This document shows positions 24,618-37,141 of a stretch of 64,000 nt of DNA, piece after piece. A program made the translations under genes and the position numbers. The DNA comes from Diadema antillarum (taxonomy: Eukaryota), in the NCBI RefSeq assembly GCF_040938485.1, contig NW_027270907.1, positions 1,798,001 through 1,862,000 of the forward strand, given 5' to 3'. The number at the start of each line of letters is the position of its first letter. Position 1 is the first letter of the stretch. A model generated the notes under the pieces. That model had not been told where the DNA came from, made no database searches, and saw only the letters and a program-made list of their open reading frames with translations.

Positions 24618-25580
24618 CTTTTGAGTAAAAGTAGAGAAGGCTATTTATTGATAGACTTTTACTTTTATATTGATTTAATTATTCAGTGTGTTGAAAGACA
24701 AGCCTTGTTTTTCAAGATATAATTGCAGACACATGCACAAATCCCAAACAGCAAGAAAAGAATTGGATAGTTGATAAATGAGGGATGCTATTACATTGGA
24801 AATATAGTTGGAGAAGATTCTGATACTTGATTTATTACAACATGTATACTTACAGTACATTGTAAATGTGAATGTGTGTAAATACATGTACTATACAGTA
24901 AGTACATACACAAATTGTACGTTACTTGCAATTGAATGTAACAAGTGTTTAGTGACAAACAAGCATTTTTTGTTGTTAAAAAACTTGCGTAGTGGAACAA
25001 AAAAATTAGGGCATTCAAAATGTACAAAAAACCCTAGAAAATCTGTATATTTTGTATCCATTTAAATTTTCAAAATTCAATTTTATGTCAAATTTTTGGA
25101 AAATTCTCTTACGTACTCTGTGTAGTAGTGTTGAAGATGCATGCTCAAGGGTTTGTGTAATACACATCAAATTGACAAGAAAGTACATTGAATTGAAACA
25201 TGAATTACATTTGCCTGCATGCTCTCTGTAGACAGGAAGAACAGTGCATCTTGATGTGGATGAACCTACCCATCAAATAGTTTGGACACAGAAATGAAAG
25301 AATGCTCACAAGGGGAGAAAATATGAACTCTTCAGTTATACTTTCTTTAATGTACAGTGGACAGTCTGTTTCTGTGACACTGAATGTGCTGAATTCTGAT
25401 CATTTAATGAACTCAGATGTATATATTTCAATCCAGGTTTTTTTTTTTTTTTTGTGGGAGAGGTTGGAGGGGTTGTTAAGTGCTTTATTGGAGAAATTCT
25501 GGTTTTTTTTAATAGGCACTTGTGCAAATTTATCCAATTGCTTTAGAGCCGCTGTACCTTCCAGTTACTGAAGAAAAAAT

Positions 25581-25764
25581 TACAGTGGAACCTCATAATT
25601 ATGAGCTGCTTCGAACCACTGAAATTTCCTTGATATATCGGCATTGGGTTTATCTTGCTTATATGTGGGATAAAAACAGGAGCATAAAAGGAATGGGAAC
25701 TGCACAAATACCTCATTATCAACAGGTATTGCTATATCTGACCTCATAACGTGGTCCAACTGTA
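25581..25764. mobile_element. Degenerate Tc1/pogo-type MITE
   Basis: TACAGTGGAACCTC ... GTGGTCCAACTGTA termini. Confidence 0.65.
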
Positions 25765-25993
25765 TTTTACAATACATGTTCCCTATACAATTGTACATCA
25801 AAATGCAGAAAATTTGCCATTGTACATAAGATAGTAAAAGCGAAATTTAGTCAAAACCTGCATTGTAATCTATGGGATTATAATAATTTAACTTCACAAA
25901 ATGAGTTTTCTGTACTGTTTTTATTTTGATTAAACACAAATGTCCATCTGGTCAAGATCAATTTCACTTGAATATATTGTGCATCTCAAACAG

Positions 25994-26112
25994 TTAAGAA
26001 AGGTGCAAAAGCTAGAAATGTTGGAAGCAATGATACAGTATATCAAGGAATTGAAAGGCTTCTTGGGCAAAAAGACAAGTCATAATGAAATTCAACTTGT
26101 CCAAAGATGCAG
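25994..26112 (+). other. Candidate exon or pseudo-exon encoding a bHLH helix-2-like peptide
   Basis: Acceptor CTCAAACAG and donor AG|GTACTG bracket LRKVQKLEMLEAMIQYIKELKGFLGKK..., matching the K-x-x-K-[LV]-E-[IM]-L-x-x-x-I-x-Y-I-x-x-L pattern of HLH helix 2. No basic-region or helix-1 exon was found. Confidence 0.35.
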
Positions 26113-26670
26113 GTACTGTACTTGTGCCATTGAAATCAGACATGCATTTTTTCTCAGCGTAATGTGGTCTATACCCGTGTATGTACTTTGAGGGAAAAAA
26201 AAGGTAGTTGATAGCATCAACAAAGGAACGGGTAGAATTGTGCACTTTGATACATATTGTGATTCTTTAAAAAAGTGACTGTAGAAGTTCCATGTTGACT
26301 GATTACTGTTGTATGCATACTGTATTTGGCAATGGACAACTAGTACCAGGTATTCATTGCTCTGTGATGTGAAGGTGCGTTATACGTGTACACTGAAGTT
26401 TGACTGCAGGTACTGTACATGTACTTATAAACATCCCTACGATAATTACATGTACTCTTGAGTGTTCATGCAGCACATACAAGTACTTCAGATGCAATCT
26501 GATCCGTTGGCAATTCATTCTCAAGAAGCAACTACAGTGAACATGTATAAATTTAGAGAAATACACATGTACACTGTGTGTATCACTTGTAGCTTCAGTA
26601 GCATTCTGAGTAATGAGTCAGAAAGTTGGCAAATTACACATCGTCGAACTTTTCTGGTCCAGTATACATG

Positions 26671-27117
26671 TACAGTGGAACCTCTCTTATCCGGCCTCCC
26701 TTTATCCGGATCTCTCTATTATACAGACGCAATCTCGCCGTGATTTTTTTTTTTTTAATAATTACGGGAGGAAAGGGGGATTCCCAACTCCTTGAGAGCT
26801 CCTACACAAACACACATGAATTACATATACTTGATACATTTCTTAATAATCATTTAGGTAAATAATCCCAAGAATTTATAAAAGAAAATGATTTCCTTCT
26901 TGCAAACACGAACCTCTATTTTGGGGTCTGTTACTGAGTGTAACAATGAAAAGGTTGCAGTATACACATTACTACATGTGGTACTACAATGGGCTACTGT
27001 ACATGTGTATGTATATTATGTACATGTATAAAGCATTGAGTCTCCCGTATCCGGCCAAATCCCTTATCCGGATGAGCCCCGGTCCTGACTTGTCCGGATA
27101 CGAGAGGTTCAACTGTA
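26671..27117. mobile_element. Tc1/mariner-pogo-type MITE
   Basis: TACAGTGGAACCTCTCTTATCCGG ... CCGGATACGAGAGGTTCAACTGTA, TA-flanked. Confidence 0.82.
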
Positions 27118-28739
27118 TGTCAAGTGTGTCAACTTCTTGAAATATTAGATCAACTAGATTAGATCAAGTATGGGTTAGAGGAGGCAACATACATATTCGG
27201 GCTTAAAATTCTGCAGAAGTAGAAGTTTTTGCGCATTTCACTTGTCCAAAAACCAGCACAAAATAAAAGTCTGTGAGTATTTTCGCTTTTTATATGTAAC
27301 TCTATTTGATGTTTTGATTCCATGGATTTAAAAAGACTTGAAATTCATCTTTCTGGGCCAGGGGTGAAAACTAACTCGAGTGCAAATTTCCACTTTTATT
27401 GAATAACAGCAAAAATCTGCATGCAAGTAAGTTTTCACTCTAATACCATGTAATCTCTTATTTTCAAGCAAATGAACTTGCTGAAGTGTAGCTGAAATTA
27501 GTTATTTTCAATGATTATGGCAAACATCTTTTGAGTACGCTTGTATACATATAGGCCTACCTATATGTGTGTGGTAAAAGAATGGATGCCACTGCGATCA
27601 CAGATTATTTTTCTTCCACAGGTCAAGTGTGAGTTTCACATTCCTCTTGTCCCTTTTCAATTGACTACAGATCAGAGGCTACGACTTTGGATAGTTTTTT
27701 GTTTTTTTTCAGGTTCCATTTTTTGGTTCATTAATTTTTAGCTACTTTTTTTCACACATGCCAAGAATTATGAAATGTATATCATTGCATTTGTATGTAA
27801 ACTGTATATACATGTACTGTCTACAACTTTTAGCATTGATGTACATCAGTACATGTACTTGTACATACATATACTATATATGCATTGTAATATATGCATC
27901 TTGGATGGTCTTTGTGTACCAGCATACTGGCAATCAGTACAATACAGTACATTGTGCAGTGCGATGTATCAAAGTAATGCAGTGTGTATTTGTTGGTCAT
28001 CAAAACACAATTCAACTCTTCAAAGTGTCCTTTATGTGTATTTACAATTGTATCATACATTTACTGCTGTATAACTGAATAAAAGTATGCGTATTCTGTT
28101 TTCAGTATACAGTGTACTGTTTGTTTCTGCACCAGTAAACTTGCATTGAAATTGAATGGATTAGAGATTACTCATCCACCACACTCATTGTGTGCTTGCA
28201 GTGTGTATACATGTTGTACATTATACAAATGTACAAGTGTATAAACATGGATAACATTCATGATAGAGAAATCAAATTAAGGAACTTATAAGAAATAAGA
28301 GTTATGACCAAAGCATCTTTCATACTGTACCTGTCTACAGCAGGTCTCAAGTCGGGTTCTCTCCACTTTTTGTACAGTTACCCAAGTCACAACTGCTGGT
28401 ACATGTATATCAAGATGTGTCACCTGTGCATTGCATTCATGTACAGCATGCCCACATAGAATGGTGGACAGTAATTAACATGGAACTGTCAGGGAATCAC
28501 AGAAGACACAGAAAGACATAAGATGAACAGTGTAAGTACAACTGTATAGTAACAGTTACATGTATTGTCTTTTTTTTTCTTCTATTAAATAGAATGAGAA
28601 CATTCAGCCAGCTAGAAGTATGTGTATGTGTACTTTTCTATGTTGTGAATACCATGTAGTGGTACAGTACACAAGCTTGATGAGAGTGAAGTGACTTTTA
28701 CAAAATAAACATAACATGCATTAACAAAAATACACATAA

Positions 28740-28928
28740 TACAGTCAACCTTGCTTAAGTCGATCTTGCATAAGTTGACTAATCGCTGAAGTCAAAGGTT
28801 TTTTCAAATCCTCTTCTCTTTATATTATATTGATTTTAATCCCTCATAGGTCTAATTTTCTTTATTAAAGGTCAAAGCTGTTTCTTCAGTCCAAATAGAT
28901 TCGACTTTTAAAGGCAAGGTTGACTGTA
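28740..28928. mobile_element. Tc1/pogo-type MITE
   Basis: TACAGTCAACCTTGC ... GCAAGGTTGACTGTA perfect 15-bp termini including TA. Confidence 0.8.
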
Positions 28929-29880
28929 TTGCCAAAGTCCTTATTTCCAACACAAGATAGAAGAGCAGAATAACAGCAATATGACAGACATGAATTACCT
29001 TTAAAACAAAACAAAAGCAATATTTCTAGAAAGAAAATGCATGTATAATTAAATCCAACATAAAAAAGAGATATTCAGAGTTTCCGGCTTTAGAAACAGG
29101 GAGTTTTCTTAGCCTAACAGTTGTTGATGCAGACCCCAAGGACACTCCAAGGATGCCATTTAGAATGAAAGAATGGGCCTGAAAAAACATTGACATAGAG
29201 GTACTTTGATACTACACGTACCAGGGCTTAAATTCAGGCTTTCGCCAAAAACTGGCATCCCTGAAATCTGGCATAAACTACCAAGAAAAAAATCAACTAC
29301 CGGTACATGTACACATGTAGATGAAAAGTCATGTGTATTTGATGAATTATTCAAGGCTAAACAGGTTAAAGGTTTCCATCTTTCTCAGTCACACATAGCT
29401 TAAAAAAAAAAAAGAAACAAAAAAGAAACAAAAAGGCCTATACAGGTAATGGTTTTAGTGTACTTTCATTGATTTCATGGAAATGATTTTAGAACTATGT
29501 CATACTTCCTATCACCAGCTGGTTCAGTATAAAAAAAAAAAAAAAAATCAACATAAATATACAATGCACAAAGAATTGCCTAACTGATTGCCTACATCAT
29601 AAACCAAAGAAACAAGACATTGTCAACCATTCCCTCTTGGACTGAATTATGGACTTCGCAGGCGAAATTTCTGATGTTTCTCTGGCACTGTAGTTATCAG
29701 CAAAGTATGAGTGCGCCAGACGTATCAAATTACACCTACATACATATGCATTAAATGAGATCAACTTCTAAGAAAATCATGTATTGTACTGCATAACCAA
29801 AGTTTTATGTCATGAAGTCATATTAATACAATATAGTTATACTAAGTACAATATGTATTACAATGTAAGTCTTCATACAA

Positions 29881-30822
29881 TCATAAAGCAACAGATGGTA
29901 ATGTAACATTTTTGCTTTCAAATGCAACCAGAGAACACTGTTTGAATGCTTGAATTCGCTCTTTGATTTCTTCTTTCCACTGCAAAATTACCTCATTTAG
30001 ACTTGATGACAAACATTCTGGAGCACTGAATGAGTAAACAACATGCTCTTTTTTCTGCATGATACAAGTGTTGCTTGGGTGCTCATTTTTCATGGATGGA
30101 AAGCTTTCAAACGTAAAATTGCATATGCACTTGTGAACACATAATGGAGTGTAGGAGAGACAGTTTCCATGGACATCCACTTCATACCAATACAGTACAG
30201 GATAGCCCAACAGTAAACCAAACACTGTCGTGAGATTCCATTCACTACATGAGAGATTCACCACATCTCCAGAATCTCTTTCAACCTGAAACACAGCATT
30301 CCTTGCAGCAAGAGCAAAGTTTGAAATATCCTCTTGGCTCGCTATCTTTGGCTTCTCTAATGCCCCAGTAACATCCACCAGAAGTGCAGAGAACTGAGAT
30401 GTTCGACATGTTGATACATCAACAGTGTCGTAGTTGTCACTATCCATCACATTGTTGACTGGAGTTAATGTAGTCAAGAACTTCCTTATATTCTTCAACA
30501 GCAATAGTCTGTTAACAAATATAATGTCATCATGCAATATCAAAGTAATGTACTGTGTCCCTTGCACAACACTGCTATCTTCTGCAACTTCACTTTGTTG
30601 TGCTTGTACAAGTGGAGAAGGTTTCTCAACATTTACACAACATAATGGTTTGACGACATCGCTTGCAAATCTTTGCAAAGATTCTGGTTTACATGGAGGA
30701 TAATCATATACAAAAGCTGGCTTGACTCCACCTATAACACTAGAAATGTCACACACTATTTCTTTCCAATGTTTGCTAGCTGCTCTTCCAAGATAACTTC
30801 TTGTTGCCGACTGTAAGTTCAT
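29881..30822 (-). CDS. C1orf74: UPF0739 protein C1orf74 homolog (DUF4504), single coding exon, 313 aa
   Basis: ORF has GVKPAFVYD, WNLTTVFGLLLGYP, NCLSYTPL, VVYSFSAPE and C-terminal VTLPSVAL, matching motifs I recall from human C1orf74 (KPAVLYD, WNLCTVFGILLGYP, LYSFSVPE, VTLPAVAL). A splice acceptor at 30866-30868 precedes the ATG. Confidence 0.9.
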   Translation of the reverse strand: MNLQSATRSYLGRAASKHWKEIVCDISSVIGGVKPAFVYDYPPCKPESLQRFASDVVKPLCCVNVEKPSPLVQAQQSEVAEDSSVVQGTQYITLILHDDIIFVNRLLLLKNIRKFLTTLTPVNNVMDSDNYDTVDVSTCRTSQFSALLVDVTGALEKPKIASQEDISNFALAARNAVFQVERDSGDVVNLSCSEWNLTTVFGLLLGYPVLYWYEVDVHGNCLSYTPLCVHKCICNFTFESFPSMKNEHPSNTCIMQKKEHVVYSFSAPECLSSSLNEVILQWKEEIKERIQAFKQCSLVAFESKNVTLPSVAL

Positions 30823-31274
30823 TATGTATCATTTACCAGATCATTCTGTTTCGACTTGGAAAACACTGTAAATCCTGCATGTGCACTTCCAACTTTCAGC
30901 AAACGAGCCCAGCGTCAGTGAGTGGCGATTGTGATAACCTCCAAATTTGTCAAGCACTTTTCGATTGAGCTGATGAGCTGATGTAGCAGGGATCTAAATG
31001 TACATCACATTGATTGTATCTACCTTGCACTTGCAGTGCAGTGCCAGAATGTGCTTCACTATGTTCCAAACAAGCTGCCCTTTCTTGTTGGGCTCTTGCC
31101 TGTAACATACAAAGTGTAGTACACAAGACTTGGATTCTGATCCTGTGGGCCTATAGCTCGTTGAACATTAGCCCGACCAGATGTCATGCAAGTACAGACG
31201 TGTCTGATGTGTAGAGGCACTCGAGGCAGGGGTGTAAACCTGTGTATAGTTAATTGAACATAAACCTGTTTGTG

Positions 31275-32073
31275 GGGATGGTATAGTTGTTTTTTGTTTT
31301 TTCAAATAATAGAATTTATTGATTTCTCGAAGCAACATAATTATACAGAGGATGGATGAAATACAAAATTATTACTTCAACACAAAGCCATTTCTTTGGT
31401 ACAAACAATTTGAACACTTATCTGTGTTTTTCATGTTTTTTTTTCAAATATTTGAATAACTCCTTACTAACAAACATACTATAAAGGGTCGTACATGCGA
31501 GGATACCCACTAATGCAAACATGACTTTATATACCCAACCCAAAATGGTTTGGCAGGGACCTCCAAAAACAACTGATTATGACAGCCCTCCTCCGTAGTG
31601 CAGAGAAGAGTATCATTCATTATCATAATTATTCAATTCCATTACAAAAATAGGACAAAAAAACTCTTGGCAGTACATGGCAGTATTGGTTGAGATCAGG
31701 ATTCAGCTTTTATTTTTTTTTTGCAAGATATTTTAGAAACCACTTTATGAAATGTTAAAGAGCATACGATTCAGTGAGGAATTCAAATTTTTGATGAAAA
31801 TCGGTTTTGACATGACTGAGTTACACAAAAACAAAGTAAAACAAAGCGATCCAAGAAGGTGGGTCCCACCTTTCATTAGGGTCACTTCATTTCAGATATC
31901 TCAGCCATTTCAAAACCAATTCTTATCAAATAAACTTTGAATTCCCCTTACAACTATATCATGCTCTTTCATATTTCATAAGAGGTTTCTCGCCATCTCA
32001 AAATATATCTTTAAAAAAAAAAATGTTGGAAAGCTGAAGTCTCATCTCATCCAAAACTATACCATCCCTTTAA
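31275..32073. mobile_element. Degenerate Kolobok-like MITE
   Basis: GGGATGGTATAGTT (31275) inverted with AACTATACCATCCCT-TTAA (to 32073); left TTAA not preserved. Confidence 0.5.
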
Positions 32074-32079
32074 TGCTTA

Positions 32080-32110
32080 TAATAATAATGTAATAATGAT
32101 AATAATAACG

Positions 32111-32142
<32 letters not shown>

Positions 32143-32162
32143 TGCATTTATTTGGCGCTTCA
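32080..32162 (-). mobile_element. Isolated L2-type 3' tail fragment with (ATT)n
   Basis: (AAT)n followed by TGCATTTATTTGGCGCTTCATACTGGCATTTCTAAGCGCAC, nearly identical to the L2 tail at 34641-34681. Confidence 0.75.
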
Positions 32163-33849
32163 TACTGGCATTTCTAAGCGCACAATATTCAAGGCTCCAC
32201 ACTAGCAGTAGCCCTGTGGTCCGAGGCCACTAAAATTTGATGTTGGGCCACCAAATTTCTCCAAATGCTATCTTTTGGTGGCCTAATCAGGCACTTAAGA
32301 CAATGGATTGTCACATTTCCATAATAAATTTAGACAACATTTCTTTTTCAGGCCACCAAAATTCCAGACAGTGGAATAAGTGCAGAATCATGCGAGGCGT
32401 ACGACAGTAGCTCGACCAACGACTTCACATCGTTATTTCAAGTACTGGTACTCGGTAGTTTTACTGCCTACCACTCCAGTACTTAAAATAACGATGTGAA
32501 TTATGAAGTCTCTGTAGTGCTCATCTTCCGTCTTTCCTTCTTTCTTTCTTCTTTCTTTCCTTTCTTTCTTTTATTCTCAGAAAGACTTCAATTTCTAAAT
32601 CTAATATGATAATGTCCTTCGACTAATCTTAAAAATAGATACAACCCTACACTACCCTAACCTTGGTTGCTAATGCACAGACGCACACACCCTATGGTGG
32701 GACCTATTTTATGATTTTGCCGAAGTCTCTGGTCAACGAACCTACCGACACTGTATGATTATAGGGCCATTTCACGAGCTTGCAGAAGACTGTGGCCAAC
32801 AAACCAATAACGTCAGTCTACGATTAATTGGGGGCTATTTCACAATTTTCCTTTTCCCATCCCCACCCCACCTGTTTAATGTTTAATAGACCCAGTTTAT
32901 TTCAATCATCTCTTCTCCACTCAACAAGTAGCAATTCCTAAAGTCACATAATGAACAGAGTTCTGTTGCTAACATTGTGGGAGGAAATCAAGACCATCTT
33001 ACACTACACTCAGCTTACACAAATTACTCCAAAGCTAGCCTGACCAGAGCGGCTGCGTGTAGTTACTCCAAACTAAAGCATGCACCATCAAGAATAACAT
33101 CTGGTCGTTAATCAGCCGTGGATCACTTCTGCAGCCAAGCGAATTGCCAGAAGCAGAAGGAAGAAATGTGCAGACTCAGGGATAGGGATCTCACTCAGGG
33201 TCCAGCCGGAGATGAGAGAGTCCAGAATCAGAACGGTCTCCCATCAAGATCACAATTGCCATAATGTCGGCTGCTAGCGCTAGATAACAGGCATGCTTGT
33301 TAGTGTTTCTCCAGTTATGGAACATTATCAAATATTACTTCAGTTTTCATAAACCTGCATATTTTATTTATTTTTAGTCCGATAAATTTATTTTACATAT
33401 ATTACGATGATAAATTTGAATATAAGTACAAAATACTTCTAAAACCATGTAAACGAGACTTCCATTCTAGTTTGGCAACAATTACATAATGGCTCCGAGG
33501 ACCTGCAGTGTTGCCCCTGCGACAATGACGTCAATCCCAAGCTTTTGCTGCATAGACCGATCTCACCACTGTGTGGTCACTGTACTATACGTACGTACGG
33601 ACGTGCTAACCCGCTACATAGCTAGCTACAGTATGTAAGGAATATTCATTTTACGTAGGCCTCTAGACGCTAGGTACGTTGTTATTTGGCCGGGTTCTAC
33701 TACTACTTTACACTAAAACTGCGAACTGTTTGACCATTCTAGTTCTAGCTGAGATGGGATGAATGAGCGAGAACACCGAGGAGGAGCACAAATAAAAAAG
33801 GTATTTCCATACTAGATTATATTCATATTCAACTTTAGCATACCGCAGG

Positions 33850-34325
33850 GCGAGAGGTGTCATGATTGAAGCCTTTAAATTATTTCATAAATATGATCAG
33901 GAACTTGAGGAAGTAGTGCCTGACTTGGGTTTAATAAAAAAATGCACAAGAGGACATAGTAAAAAATTGTATATTTTTCGATCACAAACCACTACAAGAA
34001 GAAATTCATTTTACATGCGCATCAGGAAACCATGGAATAGTTTACCTAGAAATTTAATAGATGCACCCAGTGTCTTCAGCTTTGAAATTGGTTTGGATAA
34101 ACTCTGGGAAAATGAACCCATGAAATTTAAGTTTGACGCCACGCCACCTGGTCACTACCTTACCGCAGCAGCAACCCCATACGGACAAATACGTATGTGT
34201 TACAGCGCCCCGCGACGGGGTTAGTCACTACCCAGCTCATCTTAAGGACTGAACCTGGATCTGAATACAGAGCCAGAGGCTCAGCCTGCGTTCAGAATCT
34301 TCCATAGGTATCCATATAGGTAAAT
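33850..34325 (+). mobile_element. 5'-truncated CR1-clade LINE 3' fragment
   Basis: ORF 33862-34224 has TRGHSKKLY, RIRKPWNSLP and FEIGLDKLW motifs of CR1 ORF2 C-termini; short ATAGGT-repeat tail at ~34301-34323. Confidence 0.85.
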
Positions 34326-34617
34326 TTATCCATATTATCCTGGAGTGGATCTTGAAATCAGGGTCACACGGCGCAATCAGCGCAATCTGCAACTCCTTTT
34401 GCAATTTTGCTTTCTCCTTTGAGGCTTTGCTATGCTCAGTGTGCCGCCGCTGCAACGAATACGAGCTAGAGCTCGAGCCCGAGGCCGATTGAGAAGTTCT
34501 CCATTGAGCGTCGGGCGTTCACTCGCTACTTACATCCTGCTTTACACAGTGGATGTTTGAGAGTAGACAGTCTACATTTCCTATGTTACAGCTAGATGGA
34601 GAGTAGGGGTCTAGAAG

Positions 34618-35470
34618 AATAATAATAATAATAATAATAATTGCATTTATATGGCGCTTCATACTGACGTTTCTAAGCGCACTTTGCTACTCATACAAAT
34701 AGACTAGAAAACACAATAACATTAACAAAATTAACGTTAACAGTAACAAAAGAAGAAGAAAGAAAAGAAAAGAAAAGAAAAATACATGTGATACAATGGT
34801 ACAACAATTGATAACTGTGTGCGCCTCCAGAAAAAAAAAAAAAATTACAGCTGATTAAACAGGTGAGTTTTAAGAAGAATTTTAAATGATTCGACAGATG
34901 AGGCATTCTGAATATAAAGAGGGAGTTTATTCCAAAGAGTGGGAGCAATGGAAGAGAAGGCTCGGTCACCATAACGGGTTTTTGTACGTGGGCCATGAAG
35001 TAATTGGAGAGAGGAAGATGAACGGAGGGGTCTGGCAGAAGAGGAGGAGCGGAGAGAGACTAGGTTTTGAAGATATATGGGTGCAAGATTACGTGTGATT
35101 TTGTACGTCAGAAGTAGGATCTTGAAAATAATACGGGAATGTACTGGAAGCCAATGGAGTGAGCGGAGAACAGGAGATATATGGTCATGTCTCCTACTAA
35201 GGGAGACTAATCTAGCGGCTGAATTTTGGATACGTTGGAGAGGGGATATGTGAGAAAGAGGGAGGCCGGCAAGGAGGGAGTTGCAGTAGTCCAGATAGGA
35301 GGAGACGAAGGCATGGACGAGCCGCTCAGCTGATGATTGATCAAGCAGACGCCTGATCTTCCCTATTTTGAAAATACCCCATGATGCAGACTTACAAATG
35401 TTTGTGATATGGTGTTTAAGAGTTAAGTGTTTGTCCAAAGTAAAGCCAAGGTCTCTAAGAATATGCAGTA
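34618..35470 (-). mobile_element. 5'-truncated L2-clade LINE (ORF2 C-terminus, 3' UTR and (ATT)n tail)
   Basis: ORF 34845-35438: LVHAFVSSYLDYCNSLLAGLP, LQRIQNSAARLV, HISPVLRSLHWLP, GDRAFSSIAPTLWNKLP, FKILLKTHLF are classic L2 motifs. Tail (AAT)n at 34618-34640. Confidence 0.93.
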
Positions 35471-35522
35471 GTCTAATTTAATGTTCTTGGTTTGAAGAAG
35501 GTAGCCTACTGACATGACTGAG

Positions 35523-35680
35523 TACCGTAGTTACATATGTATGACTTAGATTCTATGGGTAAAGTCGGCCTAGCGGGTAAAGTCGGTCCCCAGCGCGCGC
35601 AGTACAAGTAATTGTACCGTGCGCGCTGGGGGCCGAGACAGAGTTTACCCGCTATGCCGAGTTTACCCATAACTACGGTA
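35523..35680. mobile_element. Fully palindromic ~155-bp MITE
   Basis: TA-CCGTAGTTA ... TAACTACGG-TA; internal arms TATGGGTAAAGTCGGC..CCCCAGCGCGC / GCGCGCTGGGG..GCCGAGTTTACCCATA. Confidence 0.82.
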
Positions 35681-36099
35681 CTTAGTTAGCTGTCAATGTC
35701 ATGTCACTACTGTTAGTGTCGTCAGTGCATTCTTATTATCTTAATTCTGTCAATCATGTGGTAGTGTAGCCTGACCTCGACCAGACCGCTGTGCAAAGCA
35801 CAGCAGTCTGACATGTAAATTACTAGACCGTCTAGTGTTTAAACGTTGTAAACGACCGTCGCTTTTGACGGCAAGACCACAAAAAATGTCTTCTTTTTTT
35901 TTTTGTTAACAGTAATACCACCCACCTATATCGTATTTTGCTGATGGTTGAGTTGAATTTGGTGTTTTGTTGGTATCCAAACCTTAATTGTTGAATTTTT
36001 TGGAGTAGATTGTGCGATGATTCACAAAATCAACGAACTACCACGAACGCGCAAACCGAGGTACTGTGGTAGCATTTTACGTACGCCCTGCGTTTCGTG

Positions 36100-36240
36100 T
36101 GTTACGTAAAGCTTGTCGTCTTCTACGTACATGTATTTCCGCGCGTGCTGCTCTCATGATTTGACGTCACTTCCGCTCCGACTAGCTCATCCACTTCCGC
36201 TCCGACTAGCTACGTTGTAGTATAGGAGAGTGATTGCCAT
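36100..36240. promoter_or_regulatory. Putative bidirectional CpG promoter for C1orf74 (-) and the large EF-hand/repeat gene (+)
   Basis: Perfect CRE TGACGTCA (36162-36169) and an exact 20-bp direct repeat CACTTCCGCTCCGACTAGCT (36168-36187, 36192-36211), each copy with an ETS core ACTTCCG. Candidate first-exon donors at 35925 (minus, AG|GTGGGT) and 36313 (plus, CG|GTGGGT). Confidence 0.65.
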
Positions 36241-37021
36241 TCAATAACACGCAGAAGATGAGGAGTGAAGCAATACGAACGCTTACAGACCTGATTTTAA
36301 GGACGGATTTCGGTGGGTTTTTGACATAATTTAAAAAATACGCATATAGATTATTGAATGATTATTATAGATTACGGGGATTTCTTATATTTTAGTTTTC
36401 CACAATTAATAAAGATATTCATGAAGGAAACGTACACCCACCGCTGAAAAATAACGTCTGCGAAGGAGGAGACGTGCAGCCGCTGTCGCGAAGCGGCTGT
36501 GTGTAGTTAGTGGTAGTGTAACGTTAGGCTCGCCTCTTTGTTGTCTAACAGTTAGACGTAGTCGTACACAGAAAGATCCGTCTGTACAGAAGAGTCTTAT
36601 TGATGTTGTCGTTATCACGCTCCAGGAGGGGATCCATGAAGCCAGACGCAGTCTCCGCGAAACATATCCCCGACGACCAGATACAGACCGATCTTTTGGT
36701 CAAGTTTAGACGTAACCTGTTAAGTGTTAGACCTGAGGTCTAGCGTTAGTACTACTAACTTGGTTAGTTCTAGTAGTAGACTAGTCTATTAAATTTTACC
36801 GGATTATCAAATGGTACCAAAGTGCGTAACAAAATGAGCTTAGGCTCCTAGTTCAACCCCCCAAGTTCAACGCTTTCTTATAATCTTACTTCAGGACGAG
36901 AACAGCAAAGAAAAATTAATACCTGCACATAGGCCTACATAGTAAGAATAAGATGTAGGCCTAACCTTGTTAGAGGTCTAGGAATGTTTTTGAATAGTCA
37001 CTGTGGTACATACACCACACC

Positions 37022-37141
37022 AGGGCCCTGTTTTATGAAGAGTTAAGATTGATTATATAGTTGATTTCAACTGTAAGTCTATGGCAGCCTGTGTAGTAAG
37101 GACATTTAAAATCGATTTTATCTTTTGATAAAACGGGGCCC
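37022..37141. mobile_element. Short PIF/Harbinger-like MITE
   Basis: GGGCCCTGTTTTAT ... ATAAAACGGGGCCC termini with CAG on both flanks. Confidence 0.6.

Noticed and set aside
25522-25749. 75-aa ORF with splice-like ends as partner exon for the bHLH-like segment
   Set aside because: Most of it lies within a pogo-type MITE, and it has no basic or helix-1 pattern.
27758-28078. Overlapping 76-106 aa ORFs rich in Y/C/M/I
   Set aside because: Low-complexity TACA/TGTA-rich DNA; no splice or homology support.
32940-33330. GC-richer segment with short minus-strand hydrophobic frames
   Set aside because: Frames are interrupted by stops and no family was recognised; it may be a decayed repeat.
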